From the NCBI GenBank assembly GCA_032718475.1, contig JAUCBJ010000759.1, forward strand, positions 1-64,000: a stretch of 64,000 nucleotides of DNA, written 5' to 3'. The position numbers were made by a program, and so were the translations under genes. The notes under the pieces were generated by a model, which was given only the letters and a program-made list of their open reading frames with translations, had not been told where the DNA came from and did no database searches. This document shows positions 32,530 to 46,985 of the stretch, one piece after another. Numbering within the stretch: the stretch's first letter is position 1; each line of letters starts with the position of its first letter. Source of the DNA: Nemertoderma westbladi. Its lineage: Eukaryota; Animalia; Xenacoelomorpha.

Positions 32530-35500
32530 GATTTATAGGCCCAATAATGATGACAAGTTTCAATGATGGAAAATTAGAACATGCAAGAGTTATAGGAAAT
32601 GAATGGATAAATTCATATGTTCCAGTTCTACTAGAAATTTTAAGATGCCCACACCACGACTGTAGTGTTACTAGTTGGCGCCTCTGGCTCACTGCTAGCT
32701 TTTTATGTGATAAAGTATGTTACCAAAGCCCAGCAAAGTGTAGATTCACAGGCTGCACTCATCCTAGCAGCTTTTGACAGGAAGTCATCTCTCGAACAAA
32801 TGGATAGCGCTGAGGGTTATGCTACAGCTGCTAAGCTTGTTAACAGTATTGTTTATTCAATTAGCAGCAAGCAAGAAATTTCTGCCCCACTTGCCGCTTA
32901 TTTCATTGAAAGAACAGGAGAATTAGCTTATAAATCTCACGACTATGATAAGCTTCTTCTTGGCCAGGCATATGCAATATTACAAAAAGAAGAACATGAT
33001 GCCCTACTTGAGATGGACGCTCAACGGGGAGTTTATCGAACGATAACGCAGTGGTATGATTATTGTTTCGCCGTCCACTTGAATTAGAGGATGTAAACTT
33101 GTATCAATTTGTAAAGCTCTACGAAAAGGTTAAACGAAAACAAAATAGTGTGATGCCTTACTCCTTATGAGCAGTCACTCTCAAAGCGAAACTCATGCAA
33201 TAAAGCGGCGAAATTCGTTCGTTATACCAGATATAATTGGTCAACGTTTACCAGATAGGCGTAATCACTCAGAGGTCTATGCACAGCTAGCATTGCTACT
33301 TATAAAGCCGTTTCGTTCATCTGATGACATCGTTCCATCCAATGGAAAAACGTGTATTGAAACATTATCATCATATATTGATAATGCCCCAAATAATGAT
33401 GGCGAAATCCTGTTGAATAATATGCAGGAGTATTATATTGGTCAGGAAGAGGCAAGCGAAGAACAACGACTTCTTCGGGAAAAGTCCGGTGGTGATCTTA
33501 ATATCTCACACAGTAATGATGAAGGTGATGAATTATGTGACGGCAATGATGACGAGGGACCAAATTCCGCTGTACATAATGAGGATGATGAAAGTTGCGC
33601 AAATGCATCAGGTCTTTCAGAGTTTCAAATTCAATCACTGGTTGGTCAAGTAGTACCCGAAGTTTCTGTTTTGCAGAAATTTCACATGGATAATAGTGGC
33701 ACTAATTGTAACTTGTGTCGTACATTATTTGGTAATAATTAAGATCACCTTCATACTTCGATGTTGGACATTCAGGCTATCATTGACCATTATTCATCAA
33801 CTAATAGTGATCGTGTTATGGAAACCAATAATAAATCGGATATATTAGCCGATAACTTTCCTACCAGAGCAGCGGTAGTTGAATGTCTTCAACAGTCTTT
33901 ATTAGATAATGTACAAGCTTCTCCAGAACAAAAATTGTCTATTCGAAATCAAACTGCCATATACCCGAATCTTTATCAGGTGGCTGAATCTGAACAATTG
34001 AGTGGTGACCAGTTGGAAAGTTTTATTGCCATTGGTCGAGCCATTGATGTTGAATCGAATTTGTAATATATCATCATCCGATCAGTCACTGATTTATGTA
34101 GCTGGAGAAGGAGGCACCGGAAAGAGCCGTGTAATTAATGCTTTGAGAAAACTTTCCAATATGTGGAAACCAATTTCTTTGGTGATTATGGCCCCAACGG
34201 GAATTAGCAGTGTTTATATTAAACGGAGCACAATCCATAAAACTTTCCAGTTACCAATTTCATCACGAGGTTTAAAACTGCCCAGTCGACATAAGATTAC
34301 TGCACTGAGGAAAAGATTTGCCTCGGTTGATATGATTATTATCGACGAAATATCGATGGTTTCTGCGAGTCTATTCAGTAGAATAAATTCGACACTTCAA
34401 CTAATTACTGACAATAAACATGCGACGTTTGGTGGCATTCACATTGTCTGCTGCGGTGATTTTTTGCAGTTGCCAAGCGTCTCATCAATACCACTTACTA
34501 AAGACACAACAAATAATGTAGAAGCAATTGCAGGGCGAAAACTGTGGCTTCAATTTCAAGAAATATATATATTAAGGAAGAACTGGCGACATATGCAAGA
34601 TCCTGAATGGGGAAATATACTTTCTCAAGGTCGCCAAGGTATCTGGTCAAAAGAAAGCATTGCATCAATCAACGACAGGCTTATCCAAGGAAAAGGTAAA
34701 CTGAACTTATATATCTTACAATTATTAAAATTTATCGCAATATCTCATCATTATCGCGTTATCTCTATTGTAAATTAATACAAAAACCGCTCTTCAATCA
34801 ATTTGAACGACTGAAAACATATTTTCAATGGTTTGAAATTATTTAATTATCCTAACTTCCATATCTGTGTGTTTCTTATATTCTTTCAAATTTTATATTT
34901 TATAAAATTATATTTTATCTATATTTTCATGTTACAGATAATTTGAATGAAATAATTGGTGACTCGTTTTGCCCTATTGTTGTGTCGACAGGGTCGCAAT
35001 TAACAATAAGATCGTTGGAGAAATAGGGCAGAACATAATACGGATACAAGCAGTTGTTTCAGGGGTGAATACAACACAGGTTTCCCTATTAAAATACATT
35101 CGTGACGACCAATGTGAAGGACTACCTCCAATATTGGACATCATCTACGGGATGGCAGTCATTGTTAATCAAAACGTCGCCGTAGAGTTAGGCATGGCTA
35201 ACGGAACCATGGCATATGGAAGAGGTGTACAATTCCCCAATGGAACAACTTTTCGGGAGGAGCCGTTTGCACCAGGGCACAGCACTATGGTGAAACGTGC
35301 TTCACAGCTTCCCGATTTCATAATTCTGGAGCCAATGTTTATGCCATGTCCAGTAAACTTCCCTGGAATTCCGAACTTTCCACTCGGAATTCCGAATGGT
35401 TACTTTCCACTCGCCCCGAATAAATCCAAAGTCAGAATAAAACTTACGGATCATTCGGTTTTAGTTTGTGTATGAAGCAAGTTCCAATGTCACCCGCTTA

Positions 35501-35585
35501 TTCTCTGACCATTTACAAGACCCAGGGACTCACTCTTCAAAAAATAATTATTGGCGACTCACTCAACAATTCTTACAGTAAAAAA
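32530..35585 (+). pseudogene. Helitron (Helentron/Helitron2-like) Rep-PIF1 helicase remnant, 5'-truncated and frameshifted, with a probable intron 34696-34937
   Basis: Rep-region motifs NEWINSYVPVLLEILRC, FYVIKYVTK (YxxKY), KQEISA and LLLIKPFR. PIF1 motifs GEGGTGKS, IIIDEISMV, FGGIHIVCCGDFLQLP, GMANGT and AYSLTIYKTQGLTL. Confidence 0.9.
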
Positions 35586-35845
35586 CCTGTGGGTTCCTAA
35601 TAATATCTCATTGAAACCGCATTAAAATTTAACGCGGGAAGGTATTTTTTATTAATGAATATTTTGTATAATTTTCAATCCAGGCATATATTAATTTTTT
35701 CCTGTAATTCTATTGATGTGTTGCCGCTTTCTGGCGAAGTGGCATCTTGTTTAAGCTGTCAATCACCCAGTTGGCGGGCTACTAACTACATTGCAAAGAG
35801 GGAAGGAAGAGTTGGTTGGCTTGGCTTGGCTGGGTTTATCAAGGC

Positions 35846-35846
<1 letters not shown>

Positions 35847-35883
<37 letters not shown>
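35847..35883. repeat. (CT)n microsatellite
   Basis: Direct reading. Confidence 0.95.
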
Positions 35884-35885
<2 letters not shown>

Positions 35886-36217
35886 CCACTCCATTGTATT
35901 CACATTCCATTGATAGCTTGGTCTGTGTAAGTGCCGTTCAACTAGTTGGAGTGCTCTGGTGTAAAGGTTCTCTACGTGGGTGTATCTCTAGGTAGACGTC
36001 AGCATTGAAGGATTTAAGTCTCCCCCACACTCGGGCGTCATGTCTCCCCACATGGGCTTTTTTTATATTAATTGATATATTTTCAAAACGGCTGAACCAA
36101 AACTGGAAAACAATATATGGCAGGATAGTGCAATAATTAGTCAACATACAGTAAAATAAGAATGCAAATTTTCATTCGTTGTAAAGGGCAAAAATTTACT
36201 TTTGAACCCAGAAAACG

Positions 36218-36223
36218 TTTATT
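36218..36223 (-). terminator. Candidate polyadenylation signal of the Cys-rich host gene
   Basis: AATAAA on the minus strand ~245 nt after the stop codon. Confidence 0.4.
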
Positions 36224-36467
36224 GACAATAAAACAAAAAATAACCAAAAGGTAATAAAACATTGTTGCGCGGGTGTAGCCAACATGTATTTTACACATTT
36301 TTGTTTGGTATTGTTAAATAATTTACAATGGTTTTTGAATTATTAAAAAAAATCAAGTCTCCCCTAAAGTCAAGTATCCCTCACTCACCCTATGTAAGTA
36401 ACCGTATGTGGTATATGAGTACCGGTATGAGTATATGAGTATCTTATATGTACCGGTATCCGTTCAG

Positions 36468-36626
36468 TTAAGCAGCATAGTATATGGCAATGAAAACCAT
36501 GACGTTCGTGAAGGACTTGATAATACTGGTAGAGCTGCTGCCGCAGGTGTAAGCAGCAAAATCGTAGCTGTAAATGGGTTCACCGCCGTCTGTGCAAGAA
36601 CATTTACCAGCCCCATCAATCTCTAG
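36468..36626 (-). CDS. Host gene last exon: LEIDGAGKCSC...TCGSSSTSIIKSFTNVMVFIAIYYAA*, GPI-anchor-like C-terminus
   Basis: tttttag acceptor, phase 0 matching the previous exon; small residues (GSSS) followed by a terminal hydrophobic stretch. Confidence 0.8.
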   Translation of the reverse strand, partial: LEIDGAGKCSCTDGGEPIYSYDFAAYTCGSSSTSIIKSFTNVMVFIAIYYAA

Positions 36627-36724
36627 CTAAAAAACAAAATTGAGGGAGATTATCGTTTGAAACAAAATAAATTGTTTATATTTATTAAAAATAGCAGATA
36701 TCAATATAAGAAATTTAAATATAA

Positions 36725-36875
36725 CTATTTACATACTTGTGTGTAAAGTAGCACTTTACAGTGTGATGATCCGAGTGCTTTGTAACACGAACGAATGTAG
36801 TGAGTGAGTGAATGGAAATAAAGCCACGAGGATCAGAACACTGTAAAGTACTTTGCAACAAGTATGTATGTAGTT
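36725..36875. mobile_element. Small foldback/MITE-like palindrome in a host intron
   Basis: acatacttgt..actttacagtgt..gatcc pairs with ggatc..acactgtaaagt..acaagtatgt. Confidence 0.6.
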
Positions 36876-37089
36876 TTATTCCAAAATTGTAACATTACGA
36901 AATTATTGTATATATATTATAAGTGATAGAAACTGCACAAATTAAATTAGTTGCTGCATAAATAAATGTAATAATGACATAAATTATGTTATAAATAAGT
37001 TAGCTTATAACTATGATCAAGTAGACCCTTAACCCTAGCTCAAGTAGAACCATCCCTTCTTTATATCTTCTAGCACTACAGAGACTAAC

Positions 37090-37283
37090 CAGTTTCTCAT
37101 CGCCGCACTCAGCCGCGTTTGCCGGAGGTTTACAAGCAAATCCGGTTCCCTGGAACAACGCGACGTAGTCTAGAACAAACTTCCCTGCATTGTCTTCCTC
37201 GTGGTTGCATGTACAACGTGGTGGCCAACCCTGGCAGGCTGCATTAGCGCCACAAACTGCCTCAACAGTGGCGTCGCAGGTTT
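37090..37283 (-). CDS. Host gene exon 3: EGF-like module (ETCDATVEAVCGANAACQGWPPRCTC...GTGFACK)
   Basis: tttag acceptor and gttagt donor; phase 1 in, phase 0 out, compatible with both neighbouring exons. Confidence 0.82.
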
Positions 37284-38129
37284 CTAAACAATTTAATAAT
37301 GTTATTATGCAGATACGAGACAGACAGTGTCTGTCGTGTGTGGATAACGAACACAATCTCAACTTCGTGCAATAATTTCAGTATCGTAGGTGTTAAGATA
37401 TATGGCGCTGGGCCAGAAACAGCCTTTTATACAGTATGTTGACTTAAGTACGTGTATTTTATAATAAAATCGCAGTGTATTTGAACACGGCGGCAAAACC
37501 TATAAATCTAGTTATATATATATTTTTTTCTGCTTTCTAATTTGACGAAAAGTCAGCTGGATATCGGATGATTTTGTGCTATTAATAGAATTACATCATT
37601 ATTGGCCACCATCTTTAATTATTCCATTTTCACAGTTTTTACGGTGCCGGAACCTTAGGTTTTCTGCTCTACAAATTAGGTATAATAATGTGACTTTGAT
37701 AATGAATTGATTACTGCTGCTGCTTACTGATTTTATATATTAGATTGATTATTATAGATTGATTATAAACTTATCCCAACCAAACCGTTTCCGTTGATGG
37801 GAGTTTGGGTCCCCCTCGCAGGCAGTCACCGAGTGTGCGAGTTACCCCAGATCGCACGTTTGAGCAATGGAAAGAGGCCACAAAACGTTACGAACACTCC
37901 CGGAAACGGGCCACTCCCACCAGCAACGCTGGTGTCAATCCCAATAGTACGGTTGTTATTGACGACTCAATGATTGTTTCCTATTTGGATGACATCCTTC
38001 CTGGAGGAACAAGTACACAATCAACGCACGAATCTACTTGGTCAGAGAGGCTGGGGAGTGGTCCAGTTCAAGATGTTTTTCATAGGTCGATGTGGAACGT
38101 CTCTTCACATGCTACACCCCAATTAGTCG

Positions 38130-38610
38130 ACTCTGGACCGATGAGGAATGATCCATGTCCGCAAGGATCGATGAGGAAAGATCACATTCCGCCTTGGTCG
38201 ATGAGGAACGATCACGTTCCACCTGGGTCGGTGAGGAACGATCACGTTCCACCTGGGTCGGTGAGGAACGATCACGTTCCGCCTGGGTTGATGAGGAACA
38301 ATCTCGTTTCGTCTGGGTCGATGAGGAATGATCACGTTCAGCCTGGGTCGATGAGGAACGATCACGTTTCACCAGGGTCAATGAGGAAAGATCACGTTCC
38401 GCCTGTGTCGATGAGGAACGATCTCGTTCAGTCTGGGTCGATGAGGAACGATCACGTTCCGCCTGGGTCGATGAGGAACGATCGTGTTTCATCTGAGTCT
38501 ATGTGGAAAGAACACATTCTGCCTGTGTCGATGAGGAACGATCACGTTTCGCCGGGGTCAATGAGGAACGATCCCGTTCCAACAGGGTCGTAGAGGAGCG
38601 ATCACGTTAC
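38130..38610 (+). repeat. Degenerate 30-bp minisatellite (~16 copies) inside a 262-codon ORF (37805-38593)
   Basis: Unit gggtcgatgaggaacgatcacgttccgcct (MRNDHVPPGS). Confidence 0.9.
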
Positions 38611-40062
38611 AGGGTAGGTTCTGGCCATGTGCCGGTGGCACTAGTTGCCTAGATCCAAAATTTATTATTTTGGTATCTAACTAAGTTTGGACCCATTTGA
38701 TGACATTTGATGCATGAAGGAAGTTCTTTCTTGCGTCATTGATCTTTCATCAATGTGTTATATTGTTATAAATTTCATTGTTGTTCATCGCGACGGCTTA
38801 AAATTTCAACCCCCTTGGGATCCGTGAAGATATCGATGAAATTTAGAGAAATTTTTTTGCCTTAATTTTATACCATTTGGCAACTTTTGTGCACCGGTAT
38901 AACATTGAAATCGAAAAAAAAAGTAAAAAACGCACGCCCTAATGGGCAGCCGGTAACTAAGCCATTGCATTACAATAGTAGCGGTACTATGGTAGTATGA
39001 TTAAATTTATGTACCGTAAATAATTAATTTTTAATTTAACTAAACTAAAATAGTACTAAAAATATTACCGGTACCCCCGACCCCCCCCCCCCCCCCCCCC
39101 CCATACGCACATTGGCGCTCTTTTTGAATCTTATTGTAGTCTTATCTTAGTCTAATCTCTCTTTGAATCGTATTATTGTAATAAATGCAAATTAATCTGA
39201 ATTTACTTCATAGTTCAACATCTTACTGTGATATAACTATTAAAGATAAATATATAAGAAACACAAATATGTGCGCTTTCTTAATTTATAGCTATTTTCT
39301 TGGCAAAATGCTGGCATTGTGGTGAACACTTTTCAACATGCACGGACGCAACAACCCCCCCCCCCCCCATCCCCACCAAAAAAATGTTTCATTTAACATA
39401 TATTTACAATAACTAATTGTTGTGGAATACTGTATATATTATTATTGATGACTACTGATTCGTATGCATGGTTGAAATTTTGCACATAATTTCAAGAAGA
39501 ATTCACTTTAGTGCAAAGAATTATAATTTATATAATGTTCTCTAGTATCTCTGGTGTGTTCCAAAAGACCTCCACTTCCACCAGCTTAGGGTTATGTGTT
39601 ACTTCCACAAATAATAATACACAAGTAATATAAATTGGGGGGGGGGGGGGGGGTCTATGCGCCTGTCGATTTATACGAATCGACAGGCGCAACAAAAGTA
39701 TTTGGAATATTATGCCCATGTATATTTTATATATGTAAGACTTCAAGTATAAACAAAACTGACCTTTAACAAAATCAAGGTAGGCATTTGTTATTTTCCA
39801 TCAGCAACATGGGCTTTAACTTTTAACTTTACATGGGATTAATAATACTGTAATATTCTAGAACAATACCACATGGCCAACGCCGTCGGCCATGCACTCG
39901 CATGGCGCAAATGCTCCCTTTGCGCTCTCCACCTGGATTTTGCTTAATTAGCTTGATATGTGATAGCTTGATTAAACCCGAGTGTTCTATTAGAGATCAT
40001 AAGCATATCAAAAAAGAAAAATATACTCGCCATATATCTTTACAGTAGGCTTAATTACTTAC

Positions 40063-40333
40063 CGCAATTCTTATTGGTTGGGTTGTAGACGAACAGCCCC
40101 CATGGGCCATACTTGCACCCGCATTTGATTTCCTTGGTTTCCGTGGTAACGTCTTTCAGACATTCCATGTTGGTTTGAGTGCCGCACAATGGAACTTCCG
40201 GATCACAAACACTTCCTAGATCCGCAACAGGTGAAACCTCCTCTTCTTCCTGCTCCTCTCCATCCGCCGAGACATCTACCGCTAAACTCGTCAACAGAAT
40301 CAGAAGACAGAAAAGGACTTGGATTTTTGGGAC
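40063..40333 (-). CDS. Host gene exon 2: signal peptide VPKIQVLFCLLILLTSLAVDVSA, acidic stretch and Cys-rich (EB/EGF-like) module
   Basis: gacag acceptor and gtaagt donor; 271 nt, phase 0 to phase 1; no ATG, so an upstream exon is needed. Confidence 0.82.
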
Positions 40334-40443
40334 CTGTCAACAACCAATACGACAATATTTTGTATTATGTACTAAATTAAATACCAATCTTACATTACTG
40401 ACAATGAATCCAACTCATTTACTGAAATTTGTTGCCAAGTCTT

Positions 40444-43400
40444 TAGATTTACTGATTATTTACATTATTGCACATTACATAGATTTACTGACCATTATTG
40501 CACATTACATAGATTTACTGACCATTATTGCACATTACATAGATTTACTGACCATTATTGCACATTACATAGATTTACTGACCATTATTGCACATTATAT
40601 AGATTTACTAACCATTATTGCACATTACATAGATTTACTAACCATTATTGCACATTATATAGATTTACTGACCATTATTGCACATTACATAGATTTACTG
40701 ACAATTGTTACCAAGTATATAGATTTACTGACCATTATTGCACATTACATAGATTTACTGACCATTATTGCACATTACATAGATTTACTGACCATTATTG
40801 CACATTATATAGATTTACTGACCATTATTGCACATTACATAGATTTACTGACCATTATTGCACATTACATAGATTTACTGACCATTATTGCACATTATAT
40901 AGATTTACTGATTATTTACATTATTGCACATTACATAGATTTACTGACCATTATTGCACATTACATAGATTTACTGACCATTATTGCACATTACATAGAT
41001 TTACTGACCATTATTGCACATTACATAGATTTACTAACCATTATTGCACATTACATAGATTTACAGACCATTATTGCACATTACATAGATTTACTGACCA
41101 TTATTGCACATTATATAGATTTACTGACCATTATTGCACATTACATAGATTTACTGACCATTATTGCACATTACATAGATTTACTGACCATTATTGCACA
41201 TTATATAGATTTACTGATTATTTACATTATTGCACATTACATAGATTTACTGACCATTATTGCACATTACATAGATTTACTGACCATTATTGCACATTAC
41301 ATAGATTTACTGACCATTATTGCACATTACATAGATTTACTAACCATTATTGCACATTACATAGATTTACTGACCATTATTGCACATTACATAGATTTAC
41401 TGACCATTATTGCACATTATATAGATTTACTGACCATTATTGCACATTACATAGATTTACTGACCATTATTGCACATTACATAGATTTACTGACCATTAT
41501 TGCACATTACATAGATTTACTGACCATTATTGCACATTATATAGATTTACTGACCATTATTGCACATTACATAGATTTACTGATTATTCTACATTATTGC
41601 ACATTACATAGATTTACTGACCATTATTGCACATTACATAGATTTACTGACCATTATTGCACATTACATAGATTTACTGACCATTATTGCACATTACATA
41701 GATTTACTGACCATTATTGCACATTATATAGATTTACTGACCATTATTGCACATTACATAGATTTACTGACAATTGTTACCAAGTCTATAGATTTACTGA
41801 CCATTATTGCACATTACATAGATTTACTGACCATTATTGCACATTACATAGATTTACTGACCATTATTGCACATTACATAGATTTACTGACCATTATTGC
41901 ACATTACATAGATTTACTGACCATTATTGCACATTACATAGATTTACTGACCATTATTGCACATTACATAGATTTACTGACCATTATTGCACATTACATA
42001 GATTTACTGACCATTATTGCACATTATATAGATTTACTGACCATTATTGCACATTACATAGATTTACTGACCATTATTGCACATTACATAGATTTACTGA
42101 CCATTATTGCACATTATATAGATTTACTGACCATTATTGCACATTACATAGATTTACTGACCATTATTGCACATTACATAGATTTACTGACCATTATTGC
42201 ACATTACATAGATTTACTGACCATTATTGCACATTATATAGATTTACTAACCATTATTGCACATTACATAGATTTACTAACCATTATTGCACATTATATA
42301 GATTTACTGACCATTATTGCACATTACATAGATTTACTGACCATTATTGCACATTATATAGATTTACTGACCATTATTGCACATTACATAGATTTACTGA
42401 CCATTATTGCACATTACATAGATTTACTGACCATTATTGCACATTATATAGATTTACTGACCATTATTGCACATTATATAGATTTACTGACCATTATTGC
42501 ACATTATATAGATTTACTGACCATTATTGCACATTATATAGATTTACTGACCATTATTGCACATTATATAGATTTACTGACCATTATTGCACATTATATA
42601 GATTTACTGACCATTATTGCACATTACATAGATTTACTGACCATTATTGCACATTATATAGATTTACTAACCATTATTGCACATTACATAGATTTACTAA
42701 CCATTATTGCACATTATATAGATTTACTGACCATTATTGCACATTACATAGATTTACTGACCATTATTGCACATTACATAGATTTACTGACCATTATTGC
42801 ACATTACATAGATTTACTGATCATTATTGCACATTATATAGATTTACTAACCATTATTGCACATTACATAGATTTACTAACCATTATTGCACATTATATA
42901 GATTTACTAACCATTATTGCACATTACATAGATTTACTGACCATTATTGCACATTATATAGATTTACTGACCATTATTGCACATTACATAGATTTACTAA
43001 CCATTATTGCACATTACATAGATTTACTGACCATTATTGCACATTACATAGATTTACTGACCATTATTGCACATTACATAGATTTACTGACCATTATTGC
43101 ACATTACATAGATTTACTGACCATTATTGCACATTACATAGATTTACTGACCATTATTGCACATTACATAGATTTACTGACAATTGTTACCAAGTATATA
43201 GATTTACTGACCATTATTGCACATTACATAGATTTACTGACCATTATTGCACATTACATAGATTTACTGACCATTATTGCACATTATATAGATTTACTGA
43301 CCATTATTGCACATTACATAGATTTACTGACCATTATTGCACATTACATAGATTTACTGACCATTATTGCACATTACATAGATTTACTGACCATTATTGC

Positions 43401-46332
43401 ACATTACATAGATTTACTGACCATTATTGCACATTACATAGATTTACTGACCATTATTGCACATTACATAGATTTACTGACCATTATTGCACATTACATA
43501 GATTTACTGACCATTATTGCACATTATATAGATTTACTGACCATTAGTGCACATTACATAGATTTACTGACAATTGTTACCAAGTCTATAGATTTACTGA
43601 CCATTATTGCACATTACATAGATTTACTGACAATTGTTACCAAGTATATAGATTTACTGACCATTATTGCACATTACATAGATTTACTGACCATTATTGC
43701 ACATTATATAGATTTACTGACCATTATTGCACATTACATAGATTTACTGACCATTATTGCACATTACATAGATTTACTGACCATTATTGCACATTATATA
43801 GATTTACTGACCATTATTGCACATTATATAGATTTACTGACCATTATTGCACATTACATAGATTTACTGACCATTATTGCACATTACATAGATTTACTGA
43901 CCATTATTGCCCATTATATAGATTTACTAACCATTATTGCCCATTACATAGATTTACTAACCATTATTGCACATTATATAGATTTACTGACCATTATTGC
44001 ACATTACATAGATTTACTGACCATTATTGCACATTATATAGATTTACTGACCATTATTGCACATTATATAGATTTACTGACCATTATTGCACATTACATA
44101 GATTTACTGACCATTATTGCACATTATATAGATTTACTGACCATTATTGCACATTATATAGATTTACTGACCATTATTGCACATTATATAGATTTACTGA
44201 CCATTATTGCACATTATATAGATTTACTGACCATTATTGCACATTACATAGATTTACTGACAATTGTTACCAAGTATATAGATTTACTGACCATTATTGC
44301 ACATTATATAGATTTACTGACCATTATTGCACATTATATAGATTTACTGACCATTATTGCACATTACATAGATTTACTCACCCTTATTGCACATTATATA
44401 GATTTACTAACCATTATTGCACATTACATAGATTTACTAACCATTATTGCACATTATATAGATTTACTGACCATTATTGCACATTACATAGATTTACTGA
44501 CCATTATTGCACATTACATAGATTTACTGACCATTATTGCACATTACATAGATTTACTGACCATTATTGCACATTATATAGATTTACTAACCATTATTGC
44601 ACATTACATAGATTTACTAACCATTATTGGACATTATATAGATTTACTAACCATTATTGCACATTACATAGATTTACTGACCATTATTGCACATTATATA
44701 GATTTACTGACCATTATTGCACATTACATAGATTTACTAACCATTATTGCACATTACATAGATTTACTGACCATTATTGCACATTACATAGATTTACTGA
44801 CCATTATTGCACATTACATAGATTTACTGACCATTATTGCACATTACATAGATTTACTGACCATTATTGCACATTGCATAGATTTACTGACCATTATTGC
44901 ACATTACATAGATTTACTGACAATTGTTACCAAGTATATAGATTTACTGACCATTATTGCACATTACATAGATTTACTGACCATTATTGCACATTACATA
45001 GATTTACTGACCATTATTGCACATTATATAGATTTACTGACCATTATTGCACATTACATAGATTTACTGATCATTATTGCACATTACATAGATTTACTGA
45101 CCATTATTGCACATTATATAGATTTACTGACCATTATTGCACATTACATAGATTTACTGACCATTATTGCACATTACATAGATTTACTGACAATTATTGC
45201 ACATTACATAGATTTACTGACCATTATTGCACATTACATAGATTTACTGACCATTATTGCACATTACATAGATTTACTGACCATTATTGCACATTATAGA
45301 TTTACTGACCATTATTGCACATTACATAGATTTACTGACCATTATTGCACATTACATAGATTTACTGACCATTATTGCACATTACATAGATTTACTGACC
45401 ATTATTGCACATTACATAGATTTACTGACCATTATTGCACATTATATAGATTTACTGACCATTATTGCACATTACATAGATTTACTGACCATTATTGCAC
45501 ATTATATAGATTTACTGACCATTATTGCACATTACATAGATTTACTGACCATTATTGCACATTATATAGATTTACTGCACATAATTATTGCACATTATAT
45601 AGATTTACTGACCATTATTGCACATTACATAGATTTACTGACCATTATTGCACATTATATAGATTTACTGACCATTATTGCACATTACATAGATTTACTG
45701 ACCATTATTGCACATTATATAGATTTACTGACCATTATTGCACATTACATTGATTTACTGACCATTATTGCACATTACATAGATTTACTGACCATTATTG
45801 CACATTACATAGATTTACTGACCATTATTGCACATTATATAGATTTACTGACCATTATTGCACATTACATAGATTTACTGACCATTATTGCACATTACAT
45901 TGATTTACTGACCATTATTGCACATTACATAGATTTACTGACCATTATTGCACATTACATAGATTTACTGACCATTATTGCACATTACATAGATTTACTG
46001 ACCATTATTGCACATTACATAGATTTACTGACCATTATTGCACATTACATAGATTTACTGACCATTATTGCGCATTACATAGATTTACTGACCATTATTG
46101 CACATTACATAGATTTACTGACCATTATTGCACATTACATAGATTTACTGACCATTATTGCACATTACATAGATTTACTGACCATTATTGCACATTACAT
46201 AGATTTACTGACAATTGTTACCAAGTATATAGATTTACTGACAATTGTTACCAAGTATATAGATTTACTGACCATTATTGCACATTACATAGATTTACTG
46301 ACCATTATTGCACATTACATTTATTTACTGAC
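40444..46332. repeat. 30-bp satellite array (~195 copies)
   Basis: Unit atagatttactgaccattattgcacattac with interspersed acaattgttaccaagt variant monomers. Confidence 0.98.
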
Positions 46333-46895
46333 TGTGATGGAATCCACTGGAGTTGGCAGTGGTGAATCCCGACCGGTGTGTGGATTGTACGCGTCGCCGT
46401 GTCCGTGGGCTGCTGAGCTGGTACTGGATATATATTAGGCCGAAGGCCGTTGAAAATCACAGGGTTATGTTGTCAGTATTAATAATCACAGTAATTGATA
46501 ATAGCACAGTCTGAATATAATAATATGCAATACAGCGGTTAGTGACGACGGTCAAAATTATTCCGGTCTCACAACTGTAAGGAAACCAACTAAACTAATA
46601 ATCAATAATCACAACGGTTATATCATTGACACATGTTAGATTACTCCTACACTACAGGGTGGCCTTAATATCCAATAGATGCGCTCTTATCCTCTCCAAT
46701 GTGCTTTCCCGCCCACTATTGGCTTAACCTGATTAATTCTCACCTCGCCACTCCCTGTTACCGTTATCCCTTTGTGCTAGCCTTACTAGCTTGTTTGTCC
46801 CTCTGAGGTGGTTTGACCTCTCACCTCTCTTTGTGGCTTGTAGCGTGTGTCGCCCCAGTTGATTGTGAGGTGAGATTATTATTGGTAATCTCACA
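46333..46895. mobile_element. Putative LTR (563 bp) of a different retroelement
   Basis: TGTGA...TCACA inverted ends abutting the satellite; no TSD or partner LTR seen. Confidence 0.45.
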
Positions 46896-46985
46896 TCGCC
46901 AACTATATTGGTAAAATGTCACTAATCCCATTTTCGGTGGGTAGTGCACGGAATTGAATCTGCTTACACTGACAATTGTTACCAA

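Noticed and set aside
40179-46438. 1122-, 141- and 383-aa ORFs
   Set aside because: Translations of the 30-bp satellite; the real exon here is on the minus strand.
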